The notes: a model not told the origin generated them from the letters alone. Counted from the first letter of the stretch, positions 32,150-56,053 are shown. The stretch: 64,000 nucleotides of DNA from the human T2T-CHM13v2.0 reference genome, Homo sapiens (GCF_009914755.1 NC_060930.1); one strand, 5' to 3'. A program made the numbers and translations.

Positions 32150-33424
32150 TCCAGTGAGCCACAGAGATATGTGAGAAAGAAGAACTTCCGTTAGAGAGGC
32201 CTTCAAGGGAATTCGTGGAGTAGGAAAAAGCCAACTTGCATTGCAGTAAAGCATGGAATTATTTTGAAAACAGAATGCTGATGAGTATGGGGGAGAGTTT
32301 ATTCACAATATAACAAGAATAAAAGAATGAATATTTGAAAAATTTTCACGGTAAATTCTGTATCCTTTTTCTTTTGCCTGAGGGGCTTTATGATTTTGGT
32401 GAAGATCATTTAGTTTTCTAAAGAGATATAGTTTGGGTAATCATTCTCCTGCAGTTTCCCCGTGCTATGCAGGATAAAATAAAAGCCGTATGCCTTTTCT
32501 TCTGTTAATCTGTCTTTTGTCAGTTGATTTTTGGCAAACCTTTAGAGGGCAAGGAGGATGTTTTTCCTTGGCCCCTACACCTTCTCCCAGAGTCCAAGCA
32601 ATGTGCTTCCTCAGTAGAACAGGTTTTAACATCTGTAAGTAGCTACGATGATGACCTCAGCAGAGAATACCCACCTTGAGGGAATGTGACACCCATGCCC
32701 CCAAAAGTCTAGTTGCCTTTTGGTCTGTGTCTCAGGAGTATAACTGACTTCTCTAGGGATTGAATGTAAGAGAGACCTAAGTAACCATGGGGTTTGGATA
32801 AAGCAAATCTGGGTTTGAACTGGAGCTCTCAGAGGCTTCTACTCTCTGGGTTTCAGTTTCCTCCTAACACCTGCCTTAGAATGCGCTTATGAGAAGAAAC
32901 TGAGATGATAGGGCACTTTGCACTTTCCCTTTCAAGCCTTGCCAGAGTTTGTTATTCTTGTATGTATTTGTTTGCCTTTTTTTTTTTTTTTTTTTTTTTG
33001 GCCTACTTCAGTACTCTGTGAGCCCTATGAGGGAAGGGGCCTTCTATTGCATGGTCACTACTGTGTCCCTCACCCCACCTTTACATAGCATAGGGCCTGG
33101 CAGAGTAATAGTGGAATAAATGAATGAAACTGTCTGCCCACAGGATGGCCATGAGGATGAGAATAAATCTCTTCATTCATTCATATGATACGTATTAAGT
33201 ATCCTCTGTGAGCCAAACACTGAAACAGCAATGGATAAAACACACAAAAAAATTATACCATAATGAAGCTTAACATTTTAGTGGGAGAGACAGACAATAA
33301 TCCAAGTAAATTTTAAAAATATACTAAATTACTGATAATTGCTGAAGATAATGTAAATGTGGGAAGGAATGGGAAGTATTGGGAGAGTGGCCACAATAAA
33401 TAAATAGATACAGTTTAAGAATTA

Positions 33425-35129
<1,705 letters not shown>

Positions 35130-35162
35130 TTAACTGCTTTATTTATATCTCGTTTTCCTTAG

Positions 35163-35272
35163 AATTTCCAGATGATGTTAATCCAGTGACCAAAGAAAAA
35201 GGTGGACCCAGGGGCCCAGAACCTACCCGATATGGAGATTGGGAACGAAAAGGACGCTGTATTGATTTTTAA
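35163..35272 (+). CDS. SDHAF4: SDHAF4 exon 3 CDS: (K)[35 protein letters not shown]
   Basis: Acceptor ttccttAG 35161-35162; conserved Sdh8/SDHAF4 motif [19 protein letters not shown]; TAA 35270-35272; total CDS 327 nt = 108 aa. Confidence 0.97.
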
Positions 35273-35389
35273 GTCGCATATTCTTTAACTTCAATATTGT
35301 TTTCTGAATATGTACATCTGAATTAACTTATTTCTGATTATTTTCTTTCTTTATATCCTTTATGTCGTGTAGTTTGTATAATGTGTTTA

Positions 35390-35680
<291 letters not shown>

Positions 35681-35721
35681 TCATTAACATATATTAATTT
35701 AATGAGTATAGAAATGATTCT

Positions 35722-36026
<305 letters not shown>

Positions 36027-36364
36027 TAGAGCTGTAGGCCTTTACTTCATCATTTTTCAGTTTAAATTAATCAGTTGCTTATAAAATGCATACATAAATA
36101 AAATAATTTTTAAAAAATGATTGTGTTGCTGCGTGCTAGGGGATAGTGGCTTTTAACATGTGAGTTAAATAATACATTATAGTTTGAGAAGGCCACAATA
36201 ATAACAGAAAATCTTTAACTTGGAGCCAGTGACTTAATTAATTACCCAATCACTTGGGTTCAAATTCTGACTCTACTTCTTACTACCTATGTGACCTTGG
36301 ATAACTTATTTAACTTCTCTGTGCTTCAATATCCTTATGTGTAAGTTGGAGATAATAATACTTT

Positions 36365-37262
<898 letters not shown>

Positions 37263-37308
37263 CTTTCACTTCACAGGGAAGTTGAGAAGATTAAATGAAT
37301 AAATAACA

Positions 37309-37766
37309 TGTATTAGTCAGGGCTCTTCAATAGGAGAGAGAGAGATTATGTGGAATTGGTTCATGCAGTTCTAGAGGCTGAGAAGTCCCATGATAATGCC
37401 ATCTGCAAGCTGAACACCTGAAGACCCAAAAAAGCCAGTGGTGTGAATCAGTCTGAGTCCAAAGGCCTGAGAAGCAGGGGAATTATGATATAAATCCAGT
37501 CTGAGGGCAAAGAAGATGAGAAGAGATGTCCTAGCTCAAGCAGTGAGGCAAGAAAAAAGGAGTGAATTCTTCCCTCTACCTTTTGTCCTATTCAGGCCTT
37601 CAGTGTATTAGATAATGCCCGAATACATTGGGAAGGACAGTCTACTGAGTTCACCAGTTCCAATGCTAATCTCATTCAGAAACACCCCTACAGACACATC
37701 CAGAAACAATGTTTAAACTGGTACCCTGTGGCCTACTCAAGTTGACACATAAAATTAGCCAACACA
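37309..37766 (-). mobile_element. MLT2-family (ERVL) LTR
   Basis: TGTATTAGTCAGGG... to ...AAGTTGACACATAAAATTAGCC. Confidence 0.8.
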
Positions 37767-37877
37767 ACATGTTAGCCACTTAGAGCAGTGTGTAGTATAG
37801 TACATACTTCTCAGTAAGTGTTAACTCTCTTTAAATTATGAATGTATTTTTCCAAGTCTCTAGGCGTTGTGAGAGGA

Positions 37878-37913
<36 letters not shown>

Positions 37914-38328
37914 CTGTCCCCAGGCTGGACTACAGTGGCACAATCTCCACTCACTGCAACCTCTGACTCCCTGGTTCAAGCGATTCTCCTGCCTCACCCT
38001 CCCGAGTAGCTGGGACTACAGGCACTCGCCACCACGCCCAGCTAATTTTTGTATTTTTGTAGAGACGGGGTTTCATCGTGTTAGCCAGGATAGTCTCGAT
38101 CTCCTGATCTCGTGATCTGCCCGCCTCAGCCTCCCAAAGTGCTGGGCCAGGTGTGAGCCACCGCGCCCGGCCAGTGGGAGGAAAGATTTTTAAAAATGAA
38201 ATTTGAAATACTTGAAATTGTTTTATATGAGTACAACATTTAAAATGTCATTAGTTGAAAATAGTGATTATTTACATGAGTGAACTGAAGTATATACATT
38301 AGTTTGTGGAACATAAAATTCACAGAGG

Positions 38329-41541
<3,213 letters not shown>

Positions 41542-42124
41542 GTAGGTATAGAGGGTAAATATGAGAAAAACAGGATAAAATGGACTAGCTCAGTCAGTTT
41601 TGATGACTCAAAACCTCGTACCCTGTGGCATTTTGATAAGTGGGTCAGGAAAAGTCAAGTCCAGTGTACAGATCTGGAATAATGGAAGGACAGGAACTGC
41701 TGGGCTCCCCTAAGGTATCCTTTGCTGCATCTCCTCTGGCCTCACTCACTCTCAGAGGTTGGGCCTTCAGCTCCCAGGCTACTCTTGAATTACTTAGGAA
41801 GAAAGGTTTTGCAAAACCTATAGAAGACAGAATCCAGTAGGCTGATAACTGTGTGATATGAATTACAAGTGCAATATTACTTGAGAAGATTGTACGGAGA
41901 CTCATTTAAGAGAATAAGAATTATTATCCCAGAAACAAATTAACTAGTGTGTAATTAGGACTAGTCATTTGGTCCTTATATCAGTTTTCTCTCTCAGTCA
42001 ACATTCATTCTTCTAGTTGCAATTACTATGTGTGCTACAAAGTAATAACTACATTTCTTTAGAAATATTCTATAATTCAGTCAACCTCCAACTGCCCAAG
42101 TTAGTAAAGTTTTTTACTAAGTTA

Positions 42125-42457
<333 letters not shown>

Positions 42458-42704
42458 CTACACTAACTATCATGATGTGCAATAGAAAAAAGACAACTTA
42501 TATACTTCAAAAGCTAATCTAAAATATATAACAACCAAAGTGTTGTATTAAGATAACTCTTAACCTCTGTTAGTAGTAACATGTTTCATTACAGTATCAA
42601 ATATATAGGTAAAATTTGGTGACATGAAAACACTTGTGGTCTGTATGTCTATCAAACATTCATGAAAAATTTGAAGACTATCAATTTGGTACCTACAAAA
42701 GATG

Positions 42705-43095
42705 ATGCGGTAGCCATGGAAATGCATCACCCAGATCTCCTCCTGTGAGAAGCAGAGTTGACAGAACCCTAGCTGCTACCCCATGGGATCTACCACTGTA
42801 TTCCTGCTGTTCCCAGCCAATGAGTGAGAATGGCAGGACTATTAACACTGACCCAGTCCCCTGATGGGCAACATTGGCTCAAGGATTTCCCATTAGATTG
42901 CCCAGAATTTTCTTAGAAACATGCTACTGTCTGAGATTCTTCCTACCCCATTCTCCTTTCCTTCACTCTCTCCTTCACAGGTGTCAAACCCTACCTACTC
43001 CCCTCCTTCATAATTCACAGATATCTCCTCTAATAAATCTCTTTCAGACTTAATGCCATCTTGCCATCTGTTTTGTAGAGAACCTAGATTAACAT
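42705..43095 (+). mobile_element. LTR16-like ERVL LTR
   Basis: AATAAATCTCTTTCAGACTTAATGCCATCTTGCCATCTG 3' end and general similarity. Confidence 0.55.
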
Positions 43096-44625
43096 GGATA
43101 ACTTTTTAAAAACAACCTACAGTTTTTCAGAAAATGTCATACAATGCTTGTTATTTTTTTAGTGTAATCATAGTTTAAACACTTTTATATCGCTTGAGGG
43201 ATTTCTGGGAATTTGTATGTTGATCTTTTATGTACAAGGCTCATGCCATGGAGTGTTGTACATAATGAGTGTTTGGTTAGATTGAATTATGTCTACTAGG
43301 TCCCAGTTGCTGAGATCTACAATGTGTCAAAATATATATATTACCTATTATTAAACTTGTAAGAGCAAGCATAAAGCCACATTCTGCTAGTAAATAACAA
43401 ATGTTCATTGGATAGTTTGCAGTGAGAAAACTTTGTCATAGCAATTGTTAATGATAGTATATTAGTAATTTGATAATTTCAGAACAGGACAGTAATTTTT
43501 CTAAATAAAAGATAAGAATGGCAGTGAGATATTAATGAGTGCTGATTGATCAATTAGAAGGGAAAGTAAAATGAAGAGTGCCTAATGAGTTCATTCATTC
43601 ACTGAATTGATTCATTTATTTAATCAGTGGTGATTGCCTACTACGTGCTGGATATTCTGCGAGGCTCTGTTTTGGTGTTTTTTGTTTGTTTGTTTTTTGA
43701 GAGTGAGCCTCGCTCTGTCACCCAGGCTGAAGTGCAGTAGTGTGATCTCGGCTCACTGCAACCTCTGCCTCTGGTTTCAAAAGATTCTCCTGCCTCAGCC
43801 TCCCAAATAGTTGAGATTACAGGCACCTGCCACCACGCCTGGCTAATTTTTTTTTTTTTTTTTTTTGTATTTTTAGTAGAGACAGGGTTTCACCATGTTG
43901 GCCAGGCTGGTCTCAAATGTCTGACCTCCAGTGATCTGCCTGCTTCAGCCTCCCAAAATGCTGGGATTACAGGCATGAGGCACCGCATCAGGCCACTGCT
44001 AGGCTCTTTCTATTTGGTGATTAATGAAACAGATCCCCTGCCATCTTAGCATAAAGTCTGATGTGTTTTGATGTGTGCATGCAAACAGTTCCAGAAGACA
44101 ACTGACTGAAGACTTTATAAAGGATGGCAGGTGACTATACTTCACGCCAAACAAACCAAAGGGAACTTCCTAAGTTTAATGAGACTATCACTTTCTGAAC
44201 TTTTGGTACTAGATGACTCTTCAGAGACCTGGATTTTCAGCTTTTAAAATCTAAACAGGCTCTGTGGGATATTTATTAATTAAATATTCATTTTATAATC
44301 AAATGTGTTCTGACTTTGCCATATATAAGCCTCCATGGACATTGATCAAGAAGATATGGAGTGAGCAGAGTGATAAAACTAAGATTCCTGGTTATATAAA
44401 AATTTTTAAGCCCTTCCTGGTCCAAGAAGAGCATTTTTGGTGGCCACAACCTCTGGAACTAAGCTGCTGTCAACTTCCCGAAGACTGGTTGCTATAAATG
44501 AATTACAAAAGATTATCGAACTAACAATGAATATGAGGGCATGTGTGAAATTAAGAAATATTTATGATTAACAAGTATTCAATATTAATTCATTGTCCTG
44601 TGGGCACTTTGTTCTGTCTTCTTTA

Positions 44626-44959
<334 letters not shown>

Positions 44960-45194
44960 TTATTTGTAGAAACAGATACCTCTCCACGATACTCCTATTG
45001 ACCATTGGTTCTAAAGTAACATATATTGCTTTCTGCTTCTCCCTCTCCCCCTTCTTCTCTTTATGGAGGAAATATCTATTGTCTCTAAAGCAACTTCTGT
45101 CTTATAATCAGCCAAGTCTAGGTGGCAAATTAAAGAAAAATGTAGCTGTTTCTATGCAAGGTTTTTAGATGAAGACGACATAATCTATTGTGGT

Positions 45195-45672
45195 GGTGAT
45201 TAAACTTTTTGGTTTTGGGACCCTTTACTCTTAGAAGCTTTTGAAGTCCCTAAATTGTTTAGGACCCCAAAGAACATTGTTTTATGTACGATATCTATCC
45301 ACACTTACTGTATTAGGAATTAAAGCTAAGTAATATTTAACATACTTAACTCATTAAAAATAAGCCGGTAGCAAACCTATTACATGTTAACATAAAATGA
45401 AATGTTTTGAATCATGACTTCTCCAAAACAAAAAAAAAGAAATTGCAAAGAGTGGCATTGTTTTATTCTCTTCAAGGTCTAACTTAATAGAAGGCAGCTG
45501 TGTTCTCATAGCGTCTTCTGCATTCGATCTGCTGTGGTATTTTGACTGAGGTATGATGAAGAAAAGCTGGCTTCACATAGTTATGTACTTGGAAAAGGGA
45601 AGATCTCACAGATCCACTGGAAGAGTTTGGTAGAGCTGAGGGTCCTCCAACCACATTTCCAAGAACTGCTGA
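45195..45672. mobile_element. Charlie1-like hAT DNA transposon relic
   Basis: GGACCCTTTACTCTTA...GGACCCCAAAGAACATTGTTTTATGT; end CCACATTTCCAAGAACTGCTG. Confidence 0.6.
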
Positions 45673-47595
45673 GCTGATTTAAGTAGGAATGGTGATACTA
45701 AATAAGAATCTTTGGAACAGCTAGCAGAACCACACCCCACTACAGCACTGGCTGGAGAAGAAGGTAGCTGTTGCCTATAATGTGAGCTAGTTTTACCTCT
45801 ATAGGCAGGAACCTATATAGTGTGTGGTTGTGTGTGCAACCACCACCACAGGGGCCCCAGAACTCCTGTGTCCCAGTGACATCCTTTTCACCACGTTTAA
45901 CCCATTTCTGAATGACTGTCTTGTGCGGATATATCACACTGATAAATCCGTGTGATGAACACTGAAGTCACATGCTTGCACTCCAGTGGAGGCCGGGAGG
46001 TGTGGTTTTACTGAACTCTGTGGGTAAGGCAGACTTCACACAGAGGAAGTGTCAGATATAGAGATGGTGTTCAAAAGATTTTAGACAGATACAAATGTTG
46101 CTTGTCCACTACTATCATCTAGTTGAGAATCAGTTTCATTGGGGCATACAATATAGATGTGTAAAATATATAAAATGTGTTGCAAAAATGTAAAAATAAG
46201 ATTTAAATAATCCCAGGCCGGGTGCGGTGGCTCATGCCTGTAATCCCAGCACTTTGGGAGGCTGAGGCGGGCGGATCATGAAGTCAGAAGTTCGAGACCA
46301 GCCTGATCAACATGGTGAAACCCCATCTCTACTAAAAATACAAAAATTAGCCAGGCATAGTGGCGTGTGCCTGTAATCCCAGCTACTCAGGAGGTTGAAG
46401 CAGGAGAATCCTTAAACCCAGGAGGTGGTGGTTGCAGTGAGCCGAAATCGCCCCACTGCACTTTAGCCTGGGTGACAGAGCTAGACTCCGTCTCAAAAAA
46501 AAAAAAAAAAAAAAAAAGATTTAAATAATCCCTAAAGCATCTTCAATATCCACTCCTCTTCCTTTGAAGAATACCTCCATAGAGATTAGGATTTGAGCCT
46601 ATAATTTATTAGTGCCTTACATAGCATTGGTTAATGAATATGAAGGTTACTCAATAACTTATGAACATTACTTAAAATTCTGTAACATCCTATATTATTT
46701 TGGAATAAGGTTTATATATATTTAGGCCGTGTATTTCTAACTAAGTTTTACCAAATAGAATCTTGTCTGATGCCTAGAAGCCACAAATACTCCTAATTAG
46801 CTCTTGCTTGTAAAAAGGAATCGTGGACAGATTGAGAATGGAGTTTGTTATTGATGCAGGTGTGACAAGGGATGAAAAACAAAAGAGCTTTTAGAAGCAG
46901 CTTATAATATTGGAAGTTGAAAACATGCACAAGGAAGAAACTAGGAATGTGTTTTTGCAGGACTTGTCTTTTCATAGCTCCTTTGGAAAAATCTGGATTT
47001 ATAAACTGAGATGTTATAGACTGTGGCCTGTAACCATTATCTTAAAACATTGTATTTTCCTTAGCACAAGAGGTCACTGTATTCAAACTGGCATCTGAAA
47101 CTTTAATGGGATATAAAATTTGGATTCTTTGTCAGAAGACTTTCATATTTTGTCTCATCCTGAAGTCAGTGACTCGGCTAGATTCCTTATTTTTAAAAGT
47201 GCTTACATGAGATTTTGTTTTGATAGTTATCCCTCATTTTAATTCTGCTGCTCAGAAATGTCAGGATTTCTGAGTAGATTGTCTCATATCAAACCTGAGC
47301 CCTTGATTATATGAGTCACAGCCTTCTATCATCCTCCATACCTACATACTAAATGTTTCACCTAGGCAAAACAATCCAAATATTTTTATTGCCCAGTTTT
47401 ATATAGACTAATGCTGACTAGAATGCCCCCTTTCTTTCTCTACCAACACATAGCTCTTCTCTCCTCTTTCAGTCCTTTCTGGAATAAGGATAGGTATAAA
47501 TTAGATACATAAAGTGCCTTTCTCTACTTTAAAAAAGAAAAAAAAGTATGACTCGTGTCATACATTTAATGCTGTTCCAGCTAATTAATCCTGGC

Positions 47596-48102
47596 TGTGA
47601 TGGTTAATTTTAGGTATCAACTTGACTGAGTTAAGGATTGCCCAGACAGTGGGTAAAACATTACTTCTGGCTGTGTCTATGAGGGTGTTTCCTGAAGCAA
47701 TTAGCATTTGAATCACTAGGCTGAGTTAAGAAGATTGCCCTCACTGTTGTGGGCATGTATCATCCAACTGTCGAGGGCCTGGAAAGAACAAAAAGGGAGA
47801 AAAAGAATGAATTTGCTGCCTCTTCTGGAGCTGGGACATCCATCTTCTCCTGCCCTCAGACATCAGAGCTCTAGGTCCTCAGGCCTCTAGACTCTGGGAC
47901 TTGCGCCAGTGGCCTCCCCGCTTTTCAGGCCTTCAAACTCAGAAAGAATTACATCACCAGTTTCTCCAGTTCTCCAGCTTACAAATGGCATATGTGGTAC
48001 TTCTTGGCTTCTATAATCTTGTGAGCCAATTCCTATAACAAAGCATCTCTTATAGATTCTATATATCCTATTGGTTCTGTTTCTCTGGAGCACCGTAATA
48101 CA
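47596..48102 (+). mobile_element. MLT2-family (ERVL) LTR
   Basis: TGTGATGGTTAATTTTAGGTATCAACTTGAC... to ...TAATACA. Confidence 0.82.
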
Positions 48103-48459
48103 ATGACCATGTCTGGTCATCCTGTCACTGCAGCAACCCTTTATCCCTTATGTAGATGTCATGGCTGGCATGCAGAACACTTCCCTTCTACACATCTGGC
48201 TTTGTTCTCCATTCTAACCTTTTGGGGAGCATTTTCATTCTGAAGGGGTTAGAATGCCACAAATTACATTTCTAGTGAGTTATGCATGCAAATTAAGTTC
48301 TGCCAATTAGATGCACTTATTGTGATTTGAAAGGGAATGTGAGGGAAGGCTACCTTCCCACTGCTGGTTTTTCTCGCTGGCTGATACAGTTGTGGAGACC
48401 GTGAATTTGTCTGCAGCAGCACTCCACTCTGTAGTTACTAGTCTTGTGAGGACCGTCAT

Positions 48460-48942
48460 TTCCTTGATTAGGCTACATTACATGGCAAAGGTGATGGGAT
48501 AGTCACTCCAGGGATCGTATTACCTTTTATAAGACTCTGCTGTAGCCTACTGGAGGCAGATTCTCCTGCTGGCTTTGAAGAGGTAAACTGCCATCTTGTG
48601 AAAGCACCATTGGCTGAGACCTGAGGGTGGCCTGTAGGAGCTGAAAATGATCTGTAGCTGACAGCCAACAAGAAAACAAGGACCTCATTCCTACCCCCTT
48701 AAGACTGTGAATTCTGCCAGCCAACTAAATGAGGTTCAACACAGAGGACTCCAAACCTCAGGTGAGGTCCCAGCCCTGCCCAACACTTTGATTTCAGCCT
48801 AGTGAGACCCTGAGCAGAAGACCCTACTAACTGATTCCCAGTCTTCTGACCTGTGGAAAAGAAACTGTGAACTAATAAATGTGTGCTGTGCTAAGCCACT
48901 ACGTTTGTGGTAATTTCTTAGACAACAATAGAAAAGTGTTAC
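48460..48942 (+). mobile_element. MLT1E/F-like LTR
   Basis: TTCAGCCTAGTGAGACCCTGAGCAGA...AATAAATGTGTGCTGTGCTAAGCCACT motifs. Confidence 0.7.
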
Positions 48943-49792
48943 AGTATTCAAATTGCTATTACTGGGACATTGACCTCCAGAGCAATGACTGGGCAGGCTT
49001 TAAGACCTTGTCCTCCCCTTTCTTGTAATTTGGGTAACTGGATCCTTATTTTGATTATTTATACACAAAATCCCTCTAAGATTTGCTCTCCTAAACTCTT
49101 GCCATTGTCTCTCTCAAGAGAAATGAAGCCCTACTACCTACAGACATTCTTCCATATGCCAACTTCCTGTTGATCAACAATAGTTTAAATAGTTACTGCT
49201 CTTGGATTCCTTCTTGCCATGTCTGCCTACATAAAATACACTGCTCTTGTTACTTTACAGTGGATCTCCTTTCCCTATGAGCTATGAGCCCCATATGTGA
49301 GAGTTAACACCTATTACTTACTGCAATAACTTATATGTATATAATTTATGTATATAATATAATATAATATAATATGTAATATACATGTGTACTATGTTAG
49401 GCCTGCTAGACTGAACTTCCTTCAGCTGTATACAGCCTGATCCTTGCTCACCACCCAGAAGGTGGTTGTGTTTCCTTCTCAAACAACCCCCTCTCATAAT
49501 AGTTTATGTAGCTCAGCATTCTGGAATTGGGCTCAGGATACTAGAACTAGGCCAATTAGGCCTTTTAAGTGATACAGAATAATTAATCCTATTCAAAGTC
49601 ATTCAAAAAACACCTATAATGCCTTTTTTTTTTTATTTTTTTTGAGACAAGGTCTTGCTCTGTCACCCAGGCAGGAGTCCAATGGCACGATCTCGGCTCA
49701 CTGTAACCTCCACCTCCTGGGTTCAAGTGATTCTCCTGCCTCAGCCTTCTGAGAAGCTGGGATTACAGGCGCCCGCCACCGTGCCCAGCTAA

Positions 49793-50008
<216 letters not shown>

Positions 50009-50189
50009 TAGTTATTAGATAAAATGCACCATTTTTCAAAATACTAAAAGATTTGGACTCTCCTAAGATTTCTAATATCAATATAAGAAAGCTAGTAAAA
50101 AGTTCCACCTTGAAGTGCAGAGGGCAAGTGATGATTGACAAAGGTGGGAGGTGTTTGAGGAAGACGAGGCTGGGAGAGGTCAAGCTAAT

Positions 50190-50363
50190 TGATATGGTTT
50201 GGATTTGTGTCCCTGCCCAAATCTAATGTTGAATTGTAATCCCCAATGTTGGAAGAGAGGCTTGGTAGGAGGTAATTGGATCATACGGGTAGACTTCCCC
50301 CTTGCTGTTCTTGTGATAGTGAGTGAGTTCTCATGGGACCTGGTTGTTTAAAAGTGTGTAGCA
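50190..50363 (+). mobile_element. 5' part of an MSTA-like MaLR LTR (target of the L1 insertion)
   Basis: Starts TGATATGGTTTGG...; ends at TT/AAAAGTGTGTAGCA immediately before the L1 5' end. Confidence 0.8.
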
Positions 50364-51479
50364 GGGGAGAAGGATCATCATGGTACATGGGAGGCAAGAC
50401 TAGTTTGCAGCTCTGGACACAGCAGCGTGCGGAGGCTCACATTGTGAATTTAAGCTCCAGATCAACTGCAAGAACAAACCAGCAATCCTGAAAGGACCCA
50501 CAGACCTCTGAAGGAAGCGGGCTGCTCCTGCAGGACCCAGGAGACACCCCAAATATATTCTGTGAGTGCCCTAACGGTGGAGGTGGGAAAGGGAGACCCT
50601 TGTCTCCAGAACACACAATCCCACTGGAGAAGCTGAAGGTCTGTTTGTGGGAGACGTTTCTGACCTTGCCTGGAGCTGAGTCAATTTAGAGAGCCAAGTG
50701 AAATACAGGGGTAGAGGAAGCAGCAGAAAGGCCCTGGGAGCTTGCTGGGTCTCCAGGCAGCCCATTCCCACCTGGCACCACAGGGATCCATCGAAGAGTG
50801 GCCAGAGGAGCAAGGGGTAAAACTCCACTGGGAGAAGGAAAGCTCTAGCTGAACTTTGTAACAATTTGAGCGGGGTGAGAAGCCTCTTGGCCAGAACTTG
50901 GGGCAAGGCGCAAATCTGGTATGCAGACTCCACAGGTGGGGAAGAACCAAGCTCTTTTCTTTCACAGCTGGGAGGTGGGTAGCCTGGGGCAAGTTTTCAT
51001 GCCCATCTCGGCCACCACCACCTGGTAACAGATTCAGGGCTGTTGGGTGGGGCACGGTGGGAGTGAGACCGACTCTTCAATTTGCGTGGGAGCTGGGTGA
51101 GGCCTATAACTGCTGGGTGAGGCCTATAACTGCTGGCTTTCCCCCATGTCCCTGACAACCTGCATGACTCAGCACAGGCAGCCATAATCCTCCTAGGCAC
51201 ACAACTTCAGTGACCTGGGAATCTCACCCCCATCCCTAACAGCAGCAAGACCCACCCAAGGAGAGTCTGAGCTCAGACACGCCTACCCCTGCCCCCACCT
51301 GATGGTTCTTCCCTACACACACTGGTGGCTGAAGACAAAGGGCTTATACTCTTGGGAGTTCTAGGGCCTTGCCCACCACCAGTACCTCTCCATACTACCA
51401 CAGCTGATGCTTTCTGGAAAGTGCCACCTCCTGGCAGGAGGTCAAACAGCACAAAAATAGAGCATTAAACCACCAAAGT

Positions 51480-51768
51480 AGCTGGGTGCGTGGCTCATGC
51501 CTGTAATCTCAGCACTTTGGGAGACCAAGATGGGTGGATCACCTGAGGTCAGGAGTTCGAGACCAGCCTGGCCAACATGGCAAAACCCCATCTCTACTAA
51601 AACTACAAAAATTAGCCAGATGTGGCAGTGGGCACCTATAATCCCAGCTACTCAGGAGGCTGAGGCAGGGACAATCGCTTGAACCCGAGAGGCAGAGGTT
51701 GCAGTGAGCTGGGATCGCACCACTGCCTCCACCTTGGGTCTCAAAAAAAAAAAAAAAAAAAAAAAACA
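51480..51768 (+). mobile_element. Alu inserted in the L1 5' UTR
   Basis: Alu consensus similarity and A-tail. Confidence 0.92.
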
Positions 51769-54300
51769 AAGCTAACCCTCATGGAGCCCATTGCACCCCC
51801 CTGCCACCTCCACCAGAACAGGCACTGGTATCCATGGCTGAGAGACCCATAGACGGTTCACATCACAGGACTGTGTGCAGGCAACCCCCAGTACCAGCCT
51901 GGAGCTGGGTAGACTCACTGGATGGCTAGACCCAGAAGAGAGACAACAATCACTGCAGGTCAGCTCACAGGAAGCCACATCCCTTGGAAAAGGGGGAGAG
52001 TACTGCATCAAGGGAACACCCCATGGGACAAAAGAATATGAACAGCCTTCAGCCCTAGACGTTCCCTCTGACAGAGCCTACCCAAATGAGAAGGAACCAG
52101 AAAACCAAGTCTGGTAATATGACAAAACAAGGCTCTTTACCACCCCCAGAAAATCACATTAGTTCACCAGCAATGGATTCAAACCAAGAGAAATACCCGA
52201 TTTACCTGAAAAAGAATTCAGGAGGTTAGTTATTAAGCTAATCAGGGAGGCACCAGAGAAAGGTGAAGCGCAATGCAAGGTAATCCAAAAAACGATACAA
52301 GAAGTGAAGGGAGAAATAGTCAAGGAAATAGATAGCTTAAAGAAAAAGCAATAAAAAATTCAGGAAACTTTGGACACAATTTTAGAAATGCAAAATGCTC
52401 TGGAAAGTCTCAGCAATAGAATTGAAGAAATAGAAGAAAAATTCACAGCTCAAAGACAAGGTATTCAAATTAACCCAATCCATCAAAGACAAAGAAAAAA
52501 GAAAAAGAAAATATGAACAAATTCTCCAAGAATTCTGGGATTATGTTAAACAACCAAACCTAAGAATAATTGGTGTTCCTGAGGAAGGAGAGAATTCCAA
52601 AAGCTTGGAAAACATATTTGGGGGAATAATCAAGGAAAACTTCCCCGGCCTTGCTAGAGACCCAGACATCCAAATACAAGAAGCACAAAGAACCCCTGGG
52701 AAATTCATCACAAAAAGATCATCATTGCCTAGGCACATTGTCATCAGGTTATTCAAAGTTAAGATGAAGGAAATAATCTTAAGAGCTGTGAGACAGAAGC
52801 ACCAGGTAACCTACAAAGGAAAACCTATCAGATTAACAGCAGATTTCTCAGCAGAAATCCTATAAGCTAGAAAGGATTAGGGCCCTATCTTCAGCCTCCT
52901 CAAGCAAAACAATTATCAGCAAGGAATTTTGTATCCAGCAAAACTAAGCATCATATGTAAAGGAAAGATACAGTCTTTTTCAGACAAACAAATGCTGAGA
53001 GAATTCACCATTACCAAACCACCACTACAAGAACTGCTAAAAGGAACTCTTAAATTTTGAAACAAATCCTGGAAACACATCAAAATGGAACCTGTGTAAA
53101 GCATAAATCACATAGAACCTATAAAACAAAAATACAAGTTAAAAAGCAAAAACAAAAAACAAAAAAAAACAAAGTACACAGGAAACAAACAGCACGATGA
53201 ATGCAATGGTACCTCACATTTCAATTCTAACATTGAAGGTAAATGGCCTAAATGCTCCACTTAAAAGATACAGAACTGCAGAATGGATAAGAACTCACCA
53301 ACCATCTGCTGCCTTCAAGAGACTCACCTAACACATAAGGACTCACATAAACTTAAAGTAAAGGGGTGGAAAAAGGCATTGCATGCAAATGGACACGAAA
53401 AGCAAGCAGGGGTAGCTATTCTTATACCAGACAAAACAAACTTTAAAGCAACAGCAGTTAAAAGAGACAAAGAAGGACATCATATAATGGTAAAAGGCCT
53501 TGTCCAGCAGGAAAATATCACAATCCTAAACATATATACACCTAACACTGGAGCTCCCAAATTCATAAAAAAATTACTAATAGACAGCAACACAATAATA
53601 GTGGGGAAATTCAATACTCCAATGACAGCACTAAACAGATCATCAGGACAGGAAGTCAACAAAGAAACAATGGATTTAAACTATACCTTGAAACAAATGG
53701 ACTTAACAGATATATATAGAACATTCCATCCAACAACTGCAGAATACACATTCTATTCAACAGCACATGGAACTTTCTCCAAGATAGACCATGTGATAGG
53801 CTATAAAACAAGCCTAAATAAATTTAAGAAAATTCAAATTATATCAAGCACTCTCTCAGATCACAGTGGAATAAAACTGGAGATCCAAAGGAGCCTTCAA
53901 AACCATGCAAATACATGGAAATTAAATAACTTGCTCTTGAATGAGCATTGGGTCAAAAACGAAATCAAATGGAAATTAAAAAATTCTTCAAACTGAATGA
54001 CAATAATGACACAACATACCAAAACCTCTCGGACACAGAAAAGGCAGTGCTAAGAGGAAAGTTCATACCCTAAACACCTATATCAAAAAGACTGAAAGAG
54101 CACACACTGACATTCTAAGGTCACACTTCAAGGAACTACAGAAACAAGAACAAACCAAACCCAACCCCAGCAGAAGAAAGGAAATAACCAAGATCAGAAC
54201 AGAACTAAATGAAATTGAAACAAAAAAAATACAAAAGATAAATGAAACAAAGAGCAGGTTCTTTGAAAAGATAAATAAGATTGATAGACCATTAGCAAGA

Positions 54301-56053
<1,753 letters not shown>

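Noticed and set aside
45975-47320. CTCF-like and AP-1 (TGAGTCA at about 47312) motifs
   Set aside because: Poor or single short matches expected by chance in 64 kb
53283-53996. 237-aa ORF with an L1 endonuclease domain as a possible domesticated nuclease
   Set aside because: Lacks the true N-terminus, the catalytic GDFN motif reads GKFN, and the surrounding ORF2 is full of stops and frameshifts
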